Shown here one piece after another: positions 8,531 to 16,332 of a stretch of DNA of 24,000 nucleotides (within the stretch, counting starts at the first letter, position 1; the number at the start of each line of letters is the position of its first letter). The stretch is from Comamonadaceae bacterium 25HG05S-68 (GTDB lineage Bacteria > Pseudomonadota > Gammaproteobacteria > Burkholderiales > Burkholderiaceae_C), in assembly GCA_049860745.1 (NCBI GenBank), contig CP187561.1; one strand, given 5' to 3'. The notes under the pieces were generated by a model, which did not search any database, was not told the origin of the DNA, and saw only the letters and a program-made list of their open reading frames with translations. A program made the position numbers and the translations under genes.

Positions 8531-9496
8531 TCAGAAACTCACATCCACCATCACGTTGTCGGTGTATGAGCCTGCGGCCGGTGTTGTTTGGCTTTGGTAG
8601 ACGCGTGCCGTGTAGGGAATGGTCTGCACAGTGGTGCCATCTGCCGCAGCCGGACCATCGGCTCGCGCTGTGGTCAGGGGGCCCCAGACGGTGCTGTCGG
8701 CCTTGAAAATGTCGTAGGCCAAACGGTTCGTGCCATTGGCCATGTTGCGTTGGCCGCTGGCCGAGAAACCACCCGTGCTCAAACCCACGGTGTAGGTCAG
8801 ATTTTTTGTGCAACGCAACGACAGGCTTTGCGACACTGTGGGAAAACCCGCGACCAAAGGCGCGCTGCCGAAGTTGATCGTAGGGGCGGTGATGACGCAG
8901 TCGTTCGTCACGACAAGGGTGATCGGCAAATTCTGTGTCACTGTGCCGTTGTACAGCGTACCCAGGCACAGGCCGCCCACATTCACCAGGCCTTCGCAGA
9001 TGTTGGCGTAAGTCCAAGTGAGTTGCAGCGTATCGGTATAGGTGCCGGCTGGAATGTTGGCGCCAGGCGTTGTCGAAATGTAGACGGGCACTTGACCACC
9101 GCCGCCTGAGTTGAGCAGCGTGAGCAAGCTGTTGCCGTTGACGTTCACGACCAACAGACCGTTCGTGTAGGCCGTGTTCATGCCAGGGTCGCTGTAGATC
9201 TGGTACGGAATGGTGTTGGTGCCGTTTTTCAACGTCAACCCGGTGACCGATGCCTGCAGCGTGCCCTTGATTGACGGTGTGCCGGCCAGTACAGACAGCA
9301 CCACGCCGCCGCAGGTGTATGAAAAGCTTCCGCTGCCGGTGACGGCAGCGCCGCTTTGTACGCGAAAAGAGGTCACCGTTCCCAACGCGCCGCCGGTGTT
9401 CGCCATGGTGCAGGCCCATACCGCTTGCGAGCACCATAGCGAGGCCAATAACAGCAGCAGCGAGCGCAGCCGCAGAACGGAGAAGGGGGGCGTCAT
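8531..9496 (-). CDS. CsuE-like two-domain SCPU (spore coat U) protein; putative pilus tip adhesin
   Basis: Last gene of the chaperone-usher operon. The start at 9496 gives MTPPFSVLRLRSLLLLLASLWCSQAVWA (a signal peptide) with AAGGA 9 nt upstream. An alternative ATG at 9547 overlaps the usher stop as ATGA. There are two SCPU-like halves, each ending in a G-x-Y-T-D-x-hydrophobic motif (AGTYTDTLQLTWTY and AGSYTDNVMVDVSF). Six Cys in the mature part. Confidence 0.8.
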   Translation of the reverse strand: MTPPFSVLRLRSLLLLLASLWCSQAVWACTMANTGGALGTVTSFRVQSGAAVTGSGSFSYTCGGVVLSVLAGTPSIKGTLQASVTGLTLKNGTNTIPYQIYSDPGMNTAYTNGLLVVNVNGNSLLTLLNSGGGGQVPVYISTTPGANIPAGTYTDTLQLTWTYANICEGLVNVGGLCLGTLYNGTVTQNLPITLVVTNDCVITAPTINFGSAPLVAGFPTVSQSLSLRCTKNLTYTVGLSTGGFSASGQRNMANGTNRLAYDIFKADSTVWGPLTTARADGPAAADGTTVQTIPYTARVYQSQTTPAAGSYTDNVMVDVSF

Positions 9497-9543
9497 GTGC
9501 GGAGTCCTTTGCACAAGGTGGCGAAAGTGAAGGAAGTGAATCT

Positions 9544-12105
9544 TCATGGCGATGCAGTTCCTGCAGATGGGGGGGGGATGAGCGTATAGAGTGCGCCCGG
9601 TGCCGATGAAGAGCTCTGCGCGTCCGCATCTACCTGCGAAGCGGTGACGGCGCTGGGCCAGCTGAAAGCCTGCTGCAAGACCTCTGATTTGCAAGTCAGT
9701 GGCCCGATGCGCATCACTTCATTGCTTTCGGTGTCGAGTGTGAAGACGACGCGGCACTGGCGATTGCCGGGGCTGCGCACCAGGAGTTCGTTCTGCGTTG
9801 TCAACCCCTCCAGATAGACCAGGCCATCCCAGCCGACGACCGTGTTCTGGCCGCTTTGCACGTGCTGCACCGACGAGCCCATGGGCAACGGCTGCCCCAA
9901 GGGGTCCACCAATGTGATGCGTGCCGCCAGTGTTTTCTGGATCATGAAGGTGGCCAATGCGCCACTGCCCGAGCGCACCGCGAGGCGTTGCTGGGATTGC
10001 GGGACCTGCATGTTGTCCGGCAGATCCAGCACGTCAACCTCTACCCGTGCAGGGTAATAGCCAGGTACGCCCGGCACCAACAAGTGGCCGTTGCCATCGG
10101 TGCGCCCCATCAACTGATTCTCGTAGCGTACGGGCACATTTGGCACGCCGTTGGTGGACACCAGCATGAAGGCATCGTTGATGCGGTTGGCTGCAAACAG
10201 CCCGCCATCCATCCAGACGACGGATCCCGTCGCCCCCATCCAACTGGAGGTTGTCTGGCCATGCGCAGACACCCCGCCTTGGAGTTGAGCGTAGTTGGTG
10301 CGCCAGGTACCGCTGGCCTGGCGGTAGTTGCTGGTGTTGCCGTTGTTGGCATAAGACAGGTTCCAGCCGAGACCGCCGTCGCTTGGTGTGGTGCGGCTGT
10401 AGTTCACCTGGCTGCCAGTGTTCTTGCCGTCGTTCAAGGCGCCCAGGCTCAGCATGTTGCGTTCATCCAGTGCAAAGGTGAGTTGCACCTGCACGGTCAC
10501 GTCGCCACCGCCGCCCAGTGCCTTGTTGACGTTGACCGACAGGAACGTGCTGCCACCCAGCGACTTGTTGTACGACAGGCTTACCAGTCGGGTGCGTTGC
10601 TGGTCGGCGGCCACCACGTCGAAGTACGCGGCCGCAAAGGCCCCGGCATCTCCCAGGGAGAGGCTGGCGTTGGCTTGTGTGCTGCGCCTGTTTAACTGCA
10701 AGCCACCGCTGTCGTAGTTGGTCAGGTCGCTGTAGTCGCTGCTGCGCAGGGTTTGCTGGGCACCCACACCATAGCTGCGGCCGTTGTACTGGTAGCCGTA
10801 GTTCAACTGGTGTCCGCCGGTGCCACGCACCTGGCTTTGGCTCCATGCGGCGTTGGCCACGCCAAATGAACCCAGCCCCACAACGCCGCCCAGTCCACCC
10901 ACCACCAAAGACGGTGCCACTTCGCCACGCGTTTCAAGCGTGACGCCATCGGTCAGGCCGATGCGGTAGCCGCCATTGGCCGCTGCGGGACCATAGGAGA
11001 AATTGCGCGTGCCATAGTCGCGGCGCAGCGCGCCCAGGGCAAAGCTGTAATCGGTCAGGTCCTTGCGCAGCAAGGTATTGGCGACGTAAAACGGTACGGT
11101 GGTGACCACCTGGCGGCCCAGGGCGTCGGTGGTCACCATCGAGGCTTCGCCCGCGCCGTTGATATAGGGCATGGTGTTCAGCGCAAATGGACCCGGCTGT
11201 ACGTTTTCTGTGCCGGCCTTGTAGCCGTTGATGAACAAGTCTACGGCTGACGGCACGGCCGCCTGTCCACGAAACTGGGGTAGTGGGTAGGTGATCAAAT
11301 CCGGCCGTATCGTGAAGTTGCGCGCGAATTGCACGCCGCCCAAACGCACCGCACTGCCCCAGGACAGCGGCGCGGCAATCAAGTCGCCCAGGCTGTAGGT
11401 GCGCACATCTTCGGTGCTGGAGTAGGTCCAGCGCGTGTCATAGCGCACGTAGCCGCGATCTTGCGATGTGTCACGGTAAACACCATTGTTAGTGAACGTG
11501 CCCCAGGTGCCGAACACCCGCTGCTCTGACAGAAGCGAGGCACTGGAGCCCGCGCGGTCGGGGTTGCTCATGTACAGATCGTAGTTGAGCAACGCGCCGT
11601 TGCTGGCTTTGGCAGACAACGGTTTGACGGCACCTTCCTCGCCGATTTCCTGGTTGGGTAGCCAGTCAGGTGGCACGGTGATCTTCAGCCGTTGGCCGAT
11701 AGAGTCGTACTCGACCTGTGCGCCGAGAATCTGATCGACTGCCGCTAATCCATCTGGACTGGGCTCGGCTCGCACGTTCAGAGAACGCAGGGTTTCGACC
11801 GATACAAAGTAGTGGCCGTTGCGCAACTGAACCGGCACCACTTTGCCACTGCTTTGCTCGTTCACCACCAGCTCCAGATAAAGGGTGATTTGTGCTGGCA
11901 TGCCACGGCTGGGTGGGGGCGGCAAAGGTTGCGCACCCGCAGGTGACACCCACACCAATGGCATGCCGGCTGCGAGCGCGCAGCATAGCGAGAAGAGGGC
12001 GCTTGGGCGTCTGTGCGCGGCATGGAGGGTGGTCCTCAGGGGATCGAGCACGGGCGGTCTGGCGCGAGTGACTAGACAGGGTGGAAGGGGGACGGGTGAG
12101 CGCAC
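9544..12105 (-). CDS. Fimbrial outer-membrane usher (CsuD-like)
   Basis: 853-aa Gly/Ser/Asn/Tyr-rich, beta-barrel-like protein encoded between the chaperone and the tip subunit. N-terminal signal-like segment ALFSLCCALAAGMPLVWVSPAGA. Usher N-domain pattern ITLYLELVVNEQSSGKVVPV. The annotated start is a GTG at 12105 without a clear SD, so the exact start is uncertain. Confidence 0.88.
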   Translation of the reverse strand: MRSPVPLPPCLVTRARPPVLDPLRTTLHAAHRRPSALFSLCCALAAGMPLVWVSPAGAQPLPPPPSRGMPAQITLYLELVVNEQSSGKVVPVQLRNGHYFVSVETLRSLNVRAEPSPDGLAAVDQILGAQVEYDSIGQRLKITVPPDWLPNQEIGEEGAVKPLSAKASNGALLNYDLYMSNPDRAGSSASLLSEQRVFGTWGTFTNNGVYRDTSQDRGYVRYDTRWTYSSTEDVRTYSLGDLIAAPLSWGSAVRLGGVQFARNFTIRPDLITYPLPQFRGQAAVPSAVDLFINGYKAGTENVQPGPFALNTMPYINGAGEASMVTTDALGRQVVTTVPFYVANTLLRKDLTDYSFALGALRRDYGTRNFSYGPAAANGGYRIGLTDGVTLETRGEVAPSLVVGGLGGVVGLGSFGVANAAWSQSQVRGTGGHQLNYGYQYNGRSYGVGAQQTLRSSDYSDLTNYDSGGLQLNRRSTQANASLSLGDAGAFAAAYFDVVAADQQRTRLVSLSYNKSLGGSTFLSVNVNKALGGGGDVTVQVQLTFALDERNMLSLGALNDGKNTGSQVNYSRTTPSDGGLGWNLSYANNGNTSNYRQASGTWRTNYAQLQGGVSAHGQTTSSWMGATGSVVWMDGGLFAANRINDAFMLVSTNGVPNVPVRYENQLMGRTDGNGHLLVPGVPGYYPARVEVDVLDLPDNMQVPQSQQRLAVRSGSGALATFMIQKTLAARITLVDPLGQPLPMGSSVQHVQSGQNTVVGWDGLVYLEGLTTQNELLVRSPGNRQCRVVFTLDTESNEVMRIGPLTCKSEVLQQAFSWPSAVTASQVDADAQSSSSAPGALYTLIPPPSAGTASP

Positions 12106-12125
12106 TCGGCAGGGTCTTTATGGAC

Positions 12126-12923
12126 TTACTGCGGGGTGAGCTGAGTCGCTGTTTGCGCGCCGTTGATGCGCGCTTCGGGTTGGAGTCCGGGCGGCGGAGG
12201 CCCGGCCAATGGCCAACGCATTTCAGAGCCCGCGAGCACGTAGCCCAACAGGCCGGCATTGATCACTTGAGGTTGTGGTGCGCCGCTCCATTGCACACTG
12301 GTCAAGCGGGCGTGCATATTGCCGCTGTTGCGGATGACCAGATAGTGGCTGTCGCCCTCGCGCACCGTACGCCAGCGCAGATCGACTTGGCCCGTTTGCG
12401 TAGGGTTGCCTTGGGCGACCTTGGTGATCATGCCCTTGCCGTTGACGAACAGCGGCACGGAGTAGCGGATCTGCAGCTTCACGCCAATGGTGGCACTGGG
12501 CGAGCTACCCAATACGCCGTCTTTGGGCGGGTCTACGTCAGGCAGTTCGTCGACCAGCACGCGGTAGGCCTGTTCTTCCCCCGGCGCGACGGGGCCGGTG
12601 TTCATCAGCCGGACCAGTTGGCGTTGACCGGCTGGGATGGTGGCTAGAGGAGGGCTAGCCAATACTTGTTCCTGGTTTTCAAAGTTTTCAGCGGTACCGG
12701 ATTGGGTCCAGCGAAACACGCGTATTTGCAAGGACACGTTGTCGGCCCCACGGTTCTCCAGCCACATGGCGGCAGCGCGTTGGCCGTCCTCGATGACGGG
12801 GTCGACCGGCCAGATCATCACCGAACTGGCGGCCTGCGCCGTCTGAAGCCAGCACCCGCAGGTGACGACCCATAACCAGGAGCAAAACCAAAAACCGAGT
12901 CGTCTGTGCCATGTGCCCTGCAT
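12126..12923 (-). CDS. Periplasmic pilus chaperone (PapD-fold, CsuC-like)
   Basis: ATG at 12923 preceded by AAGGAG with 8-nt spacing; the ORF-track start at 12929 is a TTG. Signal peptide ends ...WLQTAQA. N-terminal Ig-like domain pattern VMIWPVDPVIEDGQRAAAMWLENRGADNVSLQIRVF. Position immediately upstream of the usher. Confidence 0.88.
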   Translation of the reverse strand: MQGTWHRRLGFWFCSWLWVVTCGCWLQTAQAASSVMIWPVDPVIEDGQRAAAMWLENRGADNVSLQIRVFRWTQSGTAENFENQEQVLASPPLATIPAGQRQLVRLMNTGPVAPGEEQAYRVLVDELPDVDPPKDGVLGSSPSATIGVKLQIRYSVPLFVNGKGMITKVAQGNPTQTGQVDLRWRTVREGDSHYLVIRNSGNMHARLTSVQWSGAPQPQVINAGLLGYVLAGSEMRWPLAGPPPPGLQPEARINGAQTATQLTPQ

Positions 12924-12961
12924 ATGCAAAACTCCTTCGGGGTGAGAGGTTGAAAGAACGG

Positions 12962-13507
12962 TTACCAGGTGAGTACCACCTGCACGGTATCGCTATAAAT
13001 GCCTGCTGGAAGGCCGCTACCCGGCGGCAGCGCAACGCCATACACCGGCAGGTTCATGGCCAGGCCGCTGCTGCTGGCCGCGATGCCTGTGCCGGGTTGG
13101 TAGGGTGTGGCCATGGTGGCCGAGGTATAGAGGTTGTAGGGCAGGTAGTAGGTGCCCATCTTCAAACGGCGTTGTGAGCCCACGGCATTCAAGCCGGCAT
13201 CGATGACGACTGTCACACTGGCACCGGGTGTGCATTGGATTTGGGCCAACTGCCCGCCACTGGCGGTAAGAGAGGCCGGCACACTGGCGGAGGAAACGGC
13301 CGAGTGGGTGCCAAAGTCGATCATGCCAAAGGCAATGCCACTGGTTTGGGTGACGTTGCCTACCACCAGGCACCCGGGAACCACCGCTGCGTTCACGGCA
13401 AAGGTGGCCGTGGTCGGTATGGGAGTGGTTGCGTAGGCCATCATCGAACCCGCGAACCCCACCAGAGCGGTCAATCCCGTCATTAAGGGCAGACGCGAAA
13501 TGCGCAT
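12962..13507 (-). CDS. SCPU-domain secreted pilin subunit (CsuA/CsuB-like minor subunit)
   Basis: Start trimmed to ATG 13507 (MRISRLPLMTGLTALVGFAGSMMAYA signal peptide) with AAGGAG 6 nt upstream. C-terminal SCPU signature PAGIYSDTVQVVLTW. Confidence 0.85.
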   Translation of the reverse strand: MRISRLPLMTGLTALVGFAGSMMAYATTPIPTTATFAVNAAVVPGCLVVGNVTQTSGIAFGMIDFGTHSAVSSASVPASLTASGGQLAQIQCTPGASVTVVIDAGLNAVGSQRRLKMGTYYLPYNLYTSATMATPYQPGTGIAASSSGLAMNLPVYGVALPPGSGLPAGIYSDTVQVVLTW

Positions 13508-13574
13508 GCTGTCTCCTTTGAGTGCCGTGACTGGTTTACTTTGCCACAATTTGCAACATTAGGAAATGAAGCGC

Positions 13575-13604
13575 ACCCGAACTGGATAGGCTCCACGGGT
13601 TTTT
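13575..13604 (-). terminator. Intercistronic stem-loop between the first and second pilin genes (possible attenuator or mRNA-stability element)
   Basis: On the + strand the sequence reads ACCCG-AAC-TGGA-TAGGC-TCCA-CGGGT (13575-13600) followed by TTTT. That gives 9 paired bases, a 3-nt bulge and a 5-nt loop. It lies 3-30 nt downstream of the major pilin stop (13607-13609). On the transcribed minus strand no U-tract follows the hairpin. Confidence 0.35.
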
Positions 13605-13606
13605 CA

Positions 13607-14203
13607 TTACCAACTGAGGGTAACTTGCAACACGTCCACATAAGTACCAGACGTCATACCGTTGGTGCTGGTCTTGTTGATACGGCCATAGACAGGCAGG
13701 TTTATCGCTGCACCAGTGCCGGGCAAGGTTACGCCCAAGGCCGTCGCGTTGGCGGGGTAAGCGGTGGTCAAAGCCGCATCGCTATAGACCTCGTAAGGCA
13801 GGAAGCTGGTGCCCAACTTCATGGCACGCGAGCCGGTACCGATGCTGCCGCCCTGACCGGCGTTGTTACCCCCGCTGACGGCCACGGTCAACGCTGTCAC
13901 ATCAGGCGAACAGACGATTTGTGTGGCGCCAGCACCACCCACACCGCCAGTGGCGTTGGCGGTCAGAACACCGGTGAAAGTGCTGGGCTGCGAGCCGAAA
14001 TCCAAGGTGCCCAGGTTCACGCCGCTGGTGCCCGCGCCAGAGGCACCGCTGATGTAGCAGCCGGCTTGCAGCACCATTTGTGAGTTCAGTTGACCGGCCA
14101 TGTTGCCAGAGGCTTGTGCGCTGAACGAGGTCATGCCCAGGCCCAGAGCAAGTGCCACAACAGCAGAGGTCGCGGCGGTCGAAATCTTGGTCGTTGTCTT
14201 CAT
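13607..14203 (-). CDS. SCPU-domain secreted pilin, first gene of operon (CsuA/B-like candidate major subunit)
   Basis: Start trimmed to ATG 14203 (MKTTTKISTAATSAVVALALGLGMTSFSAQA signal peptide) with GGAGA 6 nt upstream. C-terminal SCPU signature TSGTYVDVLQVTLSW. Paralogous in pattern to the 12962-13507 product. Confidence 0.85.
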   Translation of the reverse strand: MKTTTKISTAATSAVVALALGLGMTSFSAQASGNMAGQLNSQMVLQAGCYISGASGAGTSGVNLGTLDFGSQPSTFTGVLTANATGGVGGAGATQIVCSPDVTALTVAVSGGNNAGQGGSIGTGSRAMKLGTSFLPYEVYSDAALTTAYPANATALGVTLPGTGAAINLPVYGRINKTSTNGMTSGTYVDVLQVTLSW

Positions 14204-14564
14204 GATCGTCTCCATGCGTCGTACGGCATTGGCCGTCGGACTTTGCGGTAACGCTTTTAGGAGTGCATGCGTCGCGGCAAAGTTAGGTGAGTTCCGAAGC
14301 AGGGCTCTCATCTGCACCGGGCTTACGAACCTTGTGTGGTTCGATGGAATGAATTGTGGTTCTGGGCGCCCAAAAGATCGTGACGCAAACGTGAACTCTG
14401 GCGTTGCACAGATTGGGCTGAGAGGTCAATCGGGAGTCGCCGCAGGGGTGTAAGACATTGTTTTGTTGGCTCGCAACAGGGGGGCTTTGGATAGAGTCGA
14501 AATGCGTTTGCTCGGCTCTAGTCCACCGTTTTTCCATCGTTCGCTTCATCAGAAAGTCGTCTTT

Positions 14565-16298
14565 ATGTGCACCAACGCTTGCCACGCCATTCGCTTCACT
14601 TTGGCTGCCTCTGCTGCATTGCTCATTTGCGGTAGCGCCTTTGCCGCCTCCATGGCCCCTGTCGCCGCTGAAAACGGCATGGTGGTCAGCGCCCAGCACC
14701 TTGCGACCCAGGTGGGTGTCGACGTGCTAAAAAAAGGCGGTAACGCAGTAGATGCAGCCGTGGCCGTAGGCTACGCGTTGGCCGTGGTCTACCCCGCCGC
14801 CGGAAACTTGGGCGGCGGTGGTTTCATGACGGTTCAATTGGCCGATGGTCGCAAGACCTTTCTCGACTTTCGCGAAAAGGCGCCTATGGCCGCCACCGCT
14901 AACATGTACCTCGACCAGGACGGCAATGTGGTCAAAGGCCTCAGTACGCATGGCTACCTGGCGGTAGGCGTGCCCGGAACGGTGGCCGGCCTGGAGTTGG
15001 CGCGTGAAAAGTACGGCACGATGGCCCGCGCGAAACTCATCACGCCGTCAATTCAATTGGCCGAGCGCGGCTTTGTGCTGGAAGAGGGCGACGTGGATCT
15101 GCTGCAAACCGCCACAGAAGACTTCAAGAAAGATGCGCCCTCTTCGGCCATCTTTCTCCACAAGGGCGAGCCTTTCAAGATTGGGCAAAAGCTGGTGCAA
15201 AAAGACCTGGCTCAAACCCTTAGGGCGGTGAGCCAGAAGGGCGCGGACGGCTTCTACAAAGGCCGCGTTGGCGCAGACATTGTGGCGGCCAGCACGGCGG
15301 GAAAGGGCATCATCACACAGGCCGATTTAAACGACTACAAGGTGCGCGAGTTGCCCCCGGTGGAGTGTGACTACCGTGGTTATCACGTGGTGTCCGCGCC
15401 GCCACCGAGTTCCGGCGGCGTGGTGATCTGCGAGATGCTGAACATTCTGGAAGGCTACCCCATGAAGGCGCTGGGCTTTCGCTCAGCCCAAGGTGTGCAC
15501 TACCAAATCGAAGCCATGCGCCATGCCTATCTGGACCGCAACAGCTATCTGGGCGATCCCGACTTCGTGGCGAATCCGCTGGGGCGCTTGCTAGACAAAG
15601 GTTACGCCGCGAGTATTCGCGCTGTGATCGACCCGGGCAAAGCCGGTGTCTCGAAGGATTTGAAACCGGGCGTTGCGCCGCACGAAGGCAACAACACCAC
15701 GCACTATTCCATCGTCGACCGTTTTGGCAATGCGGTGTCTGTGACCTACACCTTGAACGATTGGTTTGGGGCCAAAGTCACCGCGGGCAAAACCGGTGTG
15801 TTGCTGAACAACGAGATGGACGACTTTACCGTGAAGGTGGGGGTGCCCAACATGTATGGCCTGGTGCAGGGGGAAGCGAATGCCATTGCCCCTGGTAAGC
15901 GGCCTTTAAGTTCCATGAGCCCCACCATCGTCACCAAAGATGGCAAGCCGCTGATGGTGGTGGGCACGCCCGGCGGCAGCCGCATCATCACGGCGGTAAT
16001 GCATACCATCGTCAACGTGATCGACTACGGCATGAACATCCAGGAGGCGGTGGACGCCCCACGCTTTCACCAACAATGGCTGCCCGACGTGACCAACGTG
16101 GAGGCCTATGGTTTGAGCCCCGACACGCGCAAGTTGCTGGTCGACATGGGCCACAATCTTGGCGAACCCCAACCCGCGAACCATGTGGCGGCCATTTTGG
16201 TGGGCGCTCCTGCGCTGGAAGGCAACCCGCGCGGGAATAACAAGTTCTATGGGGCGAATGATCCCCGGCGTAACACCGGGTTGGCGCTGGGGTACTGA
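14565..16298 (+). CDS. ggt: Gamma-glutamyltransferase (Ntn hydrolase, periplasmic)
   Basis: Start trimmed to ATG 14565, giving the signal peptide MCTNACHAIRFTLAASAALLICGSAFA. Family motifs: GGNAVDAAVA, GNLGGGGFM, the autoprocessing/catalytic Thr context GNNTTHYSIVD, LLNNEMDDF, PLSSMSPT, GTPGGSRI. Confidence 0.93.
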   Translation: MCTNACHAIRFTLAASAALLICGSAFAASMAPVAAENGMVVSAQHLATQVGVDVLKKGGNAVDAAVAVGYALAVVYPAAGNLGGGGFMTVQLADGRKTFLDFREKAPMAATANMYLDQDGNVVKGLSTHGYLAVGVPGTVAGLELAREKYGTMARAKLITPSIQLAERGFVLEEGDVDLLQTATEDFKKDAPSSAIFLHKGEPFKIGQKLVQKDLAQTLRAVSQKGADGFYKGRVGADIVAASTAGKGIITQADLNDYKVRELPPVECDYRGYHVVSAPPPSSGGVVICEMLNILEGYPMKALGFRSAQGVHYQIEAMRHAYLDRNSYLGDPDFVANPLGRLLDKGYAASIRAVIDPGKAGVSKDLKPGVAPHEGNNTTHYSIVDRFGNAVSVTYTLNDWFGAKVTAGKTGVLLNNEMDDFTVKVGVPNMYGLVQGEANAIAPGKRPLSSMSPTIVTKDGKPLMVVGTPGGSRIITAVMHTIVNVIDYGMNIQEAVDAPRFHQQWLPDVTNVEAYGLSPDTRKLLVDMGHNLGEPQPANHVAAILVGAPALEGNPRGNNKFYGANDPRRNTGLALGY

Positions 16299-16332
16299 GC
16301 GGATTTGACGGCCCTCCCGGGTTGCGCTGCTT

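Noticed and set aside
8481-9629. 382-aa ORF on the minus strand overlapping the tip-adhesin gene in another frame
   Set aside because: The alternative frame (8531-9496) gives a signal peptide and SCPU signatures and fits the operon. This frame gives an Arg/His-rich sequence with no motifs.
9856-10695. 279-aa plus-strand ORF inside the usher gene, along with other 60-130-aa ORFs across 9842-12259
   Set aside because: These are antisense or off-frame to the 853-aa usher ORF. Their composition is typical of GC-rich shadow ORFs, and they have no RBS or motifs.
13607-14317. Long N-terminal extensions offered by the ORF track for several genes: 13607-14317, 12962-13549, 17289-18257, 19502-20122, 21225-22013, 14463-16298, 8531-9694
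   Set aside because: In each case an internal ATG has a Shine-Dalgarno and/or an ATGA overlap with the previous gene. That start yields a proper signal peptide or the family-typical N-terminus (for example MC... for NRDE). The extensions would overlap upstream genes or add Arg-rich leaders.
14283-14699. 138-aa minus-strand ORF spanning the pilin/ggt intergenic region
   Set aside because: It overlaps the 5' end of ggt on the opposite strand. It has no RBS and no motif or signal peptide, and it would run through the likely promoter region. I treated it as non-coding.
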